From NCBI RefSeq assembly GCF_009914755.1, contig NC_060936.1: DNA of 64,000 nucleotides; one strand, 5' to 3'. The DNA is from the human T2T-CHM13v2.0 reference genome, Homo sapiens. The notes under the pieces were generated by a model. It had not been told where the DNA came from and searched no databases. It saw only the letters and a list, made by a program, of their open reading frames with translations. Shown piece after piece: positions 59,161-64,000 of the stretch; position 1 is the stretch's first letter; the number at the start of each line of letters is the position of its first letter. The position numbers were made by a program, and so were the translations under genes.

Positions 59161-60220
59161 ATTATTTTTATTTAATTTTGTATTATTATAAATTCAGTTA
59201 TATATAATTATAATATAGTACAATTATAATGCACAGGGAGCCAAAGAATGCTCCCTCCTAAATCTCTCATGGTTGGAATCTTCTTCCTTGCATATTTGTC
59301 CCCCATCAAAAAACCTGTGTTCACTAGAGCAGATAAACTTCTAAAAGGTCAATTATATCAAGCTTTGACATTTATTGGATACCACTATGTTCAAATTTCT
59401 GCTTGCAAACTAGGAATATAGCATGTAACAATTTAAATATGATTGCATCTCTCATGGAATGCACATTCTGGAAACTGCACAAAAAAAGTCGAACTAAAGT
59501 TCTTATTTATAATTTGAGAAGTGCTCAACTATGAGGTCGTATTTGAGAGTACTCTGGAGGGTCAAAAGGGCTTTCTGTAAGGGGTGATTTTGAGTTGAAA
59601 CTTTAAGAAAACTAAAGAAAGGAACACACTAGTATAGGAAAATGCTCAGGTAAATGACTAGATTTGAGAAGAATGGTGGCAAGTTGGAAGAGTGAGAAAA
59701 GACTATTTTATCTTAAGTACAGACAACAAATGAAAGCACAGCAAAAATAGGAGATTGGGAAATCAGAAGAAAGCAATCTGTATAGTTTAGAGCATATAAA
59801 GGAGTTTTGTTTCTGTTACTGTTTTAGTATTCCAGGAGAATTTGGAATTCATTGAAGGGTCATTTTATACATTAAAAATAATCATTTTGGCAGACTGTAC
59901 CTAAAAGAGATAAAAGAAAGGAAAAAAATGAAAGTGGAGGAAAGAGATTCAAACCTATTTCCATAGTCTTTGTAAAATATTGGGAGGTAAGTAAATTTAA
60001 GACATATTTAGATTAGAGAGCAGGATGCCCAGTTTCTGAGCAGAAGAAACATTCGTTAGCTCCAGCTATGCAAGAGAGAATTACATATGAGTGATGTTGA
60101 GAAAAGATTTTTGTTCAGAATTGTGCACCGTGCCACACCGTGGAAAGGAAAGCAAGCACAAAACTGGGCCAAATCTACATGGTCTGTTTGTGCAGAAGAC
60201 AGGTCAAGCTGTTGAATTTT

Positions 60221-63674
<3,454 letters not shown>

Positions 63675-64000
63675 TGAATTTTCTACACAGATGCCTATAA
63701 GAACAAAGGCATCACCTTGGGGGAGGATACACTGAGGGAGGATTTGGAGAATCCCAAGCAGTACATCCCTGGAGCAAAAATGACCTCTGCTGGCATTAAG
63801 AAGACAGAGACGATAGACTTGATAGCTTATCTCACAAAAGCTACTAATGAGTCATAATTGACCACTTAATAAAACAGAAATATCTCATGATTATTTTTTA
63901 TGTGTATCTCAATTCAATTGATCTCATACACCAGAATTCAGATCATGAATGATTGAAAGAATATTTTTTCTGTTTTTATTTTTATTTTATTTTATTATTA

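Noticed and set aside
63969-64000. T-rich tail, probably another minus-strand L1
   Set aside because: Cut by the window edge, so it cannot be confirmed.

Overview
Human (primate) AT-rich, repeat-dominated DNA. Human origin is inferred from an L1HS-Ta element. I find no supportable intact cellular gene; the ORF track is mostly LINE-1 ORF1/ORF2, Tigger1, LTR or chance ORFs. The window is a stack of nested L1, Alu, MaLR/ERVL and Tigger elements plus an old processed cytochrome c (CYCS) pseudogene. The notable content is retrotransposition and repair architecture. (1) A very young L1HS-Ta with a 5' inversion and a ~850 bp 3' transduction has split the CYCS pseudogene (16-bp TSD). (2) An L1PA3-like insertion also carries a 5' inversion and a ~470 bp 3' transduction. 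(3) A ~400-bp TSD-flanked cassette looks like a two-generation serial 3' transduction, with the first tail added at a MER41 LTR poly(A) site. (4) A short L1PA4-like copy sits in a host L1 in near-exact homologous register. (5) A patchwork templated-insertion scar marks an L1 internal deletion. (6) A 38-bp-arm foldback hairpin lies at an ERVL deletion junction. Subfamily names come from my recall of consensus sequences, not from a search.
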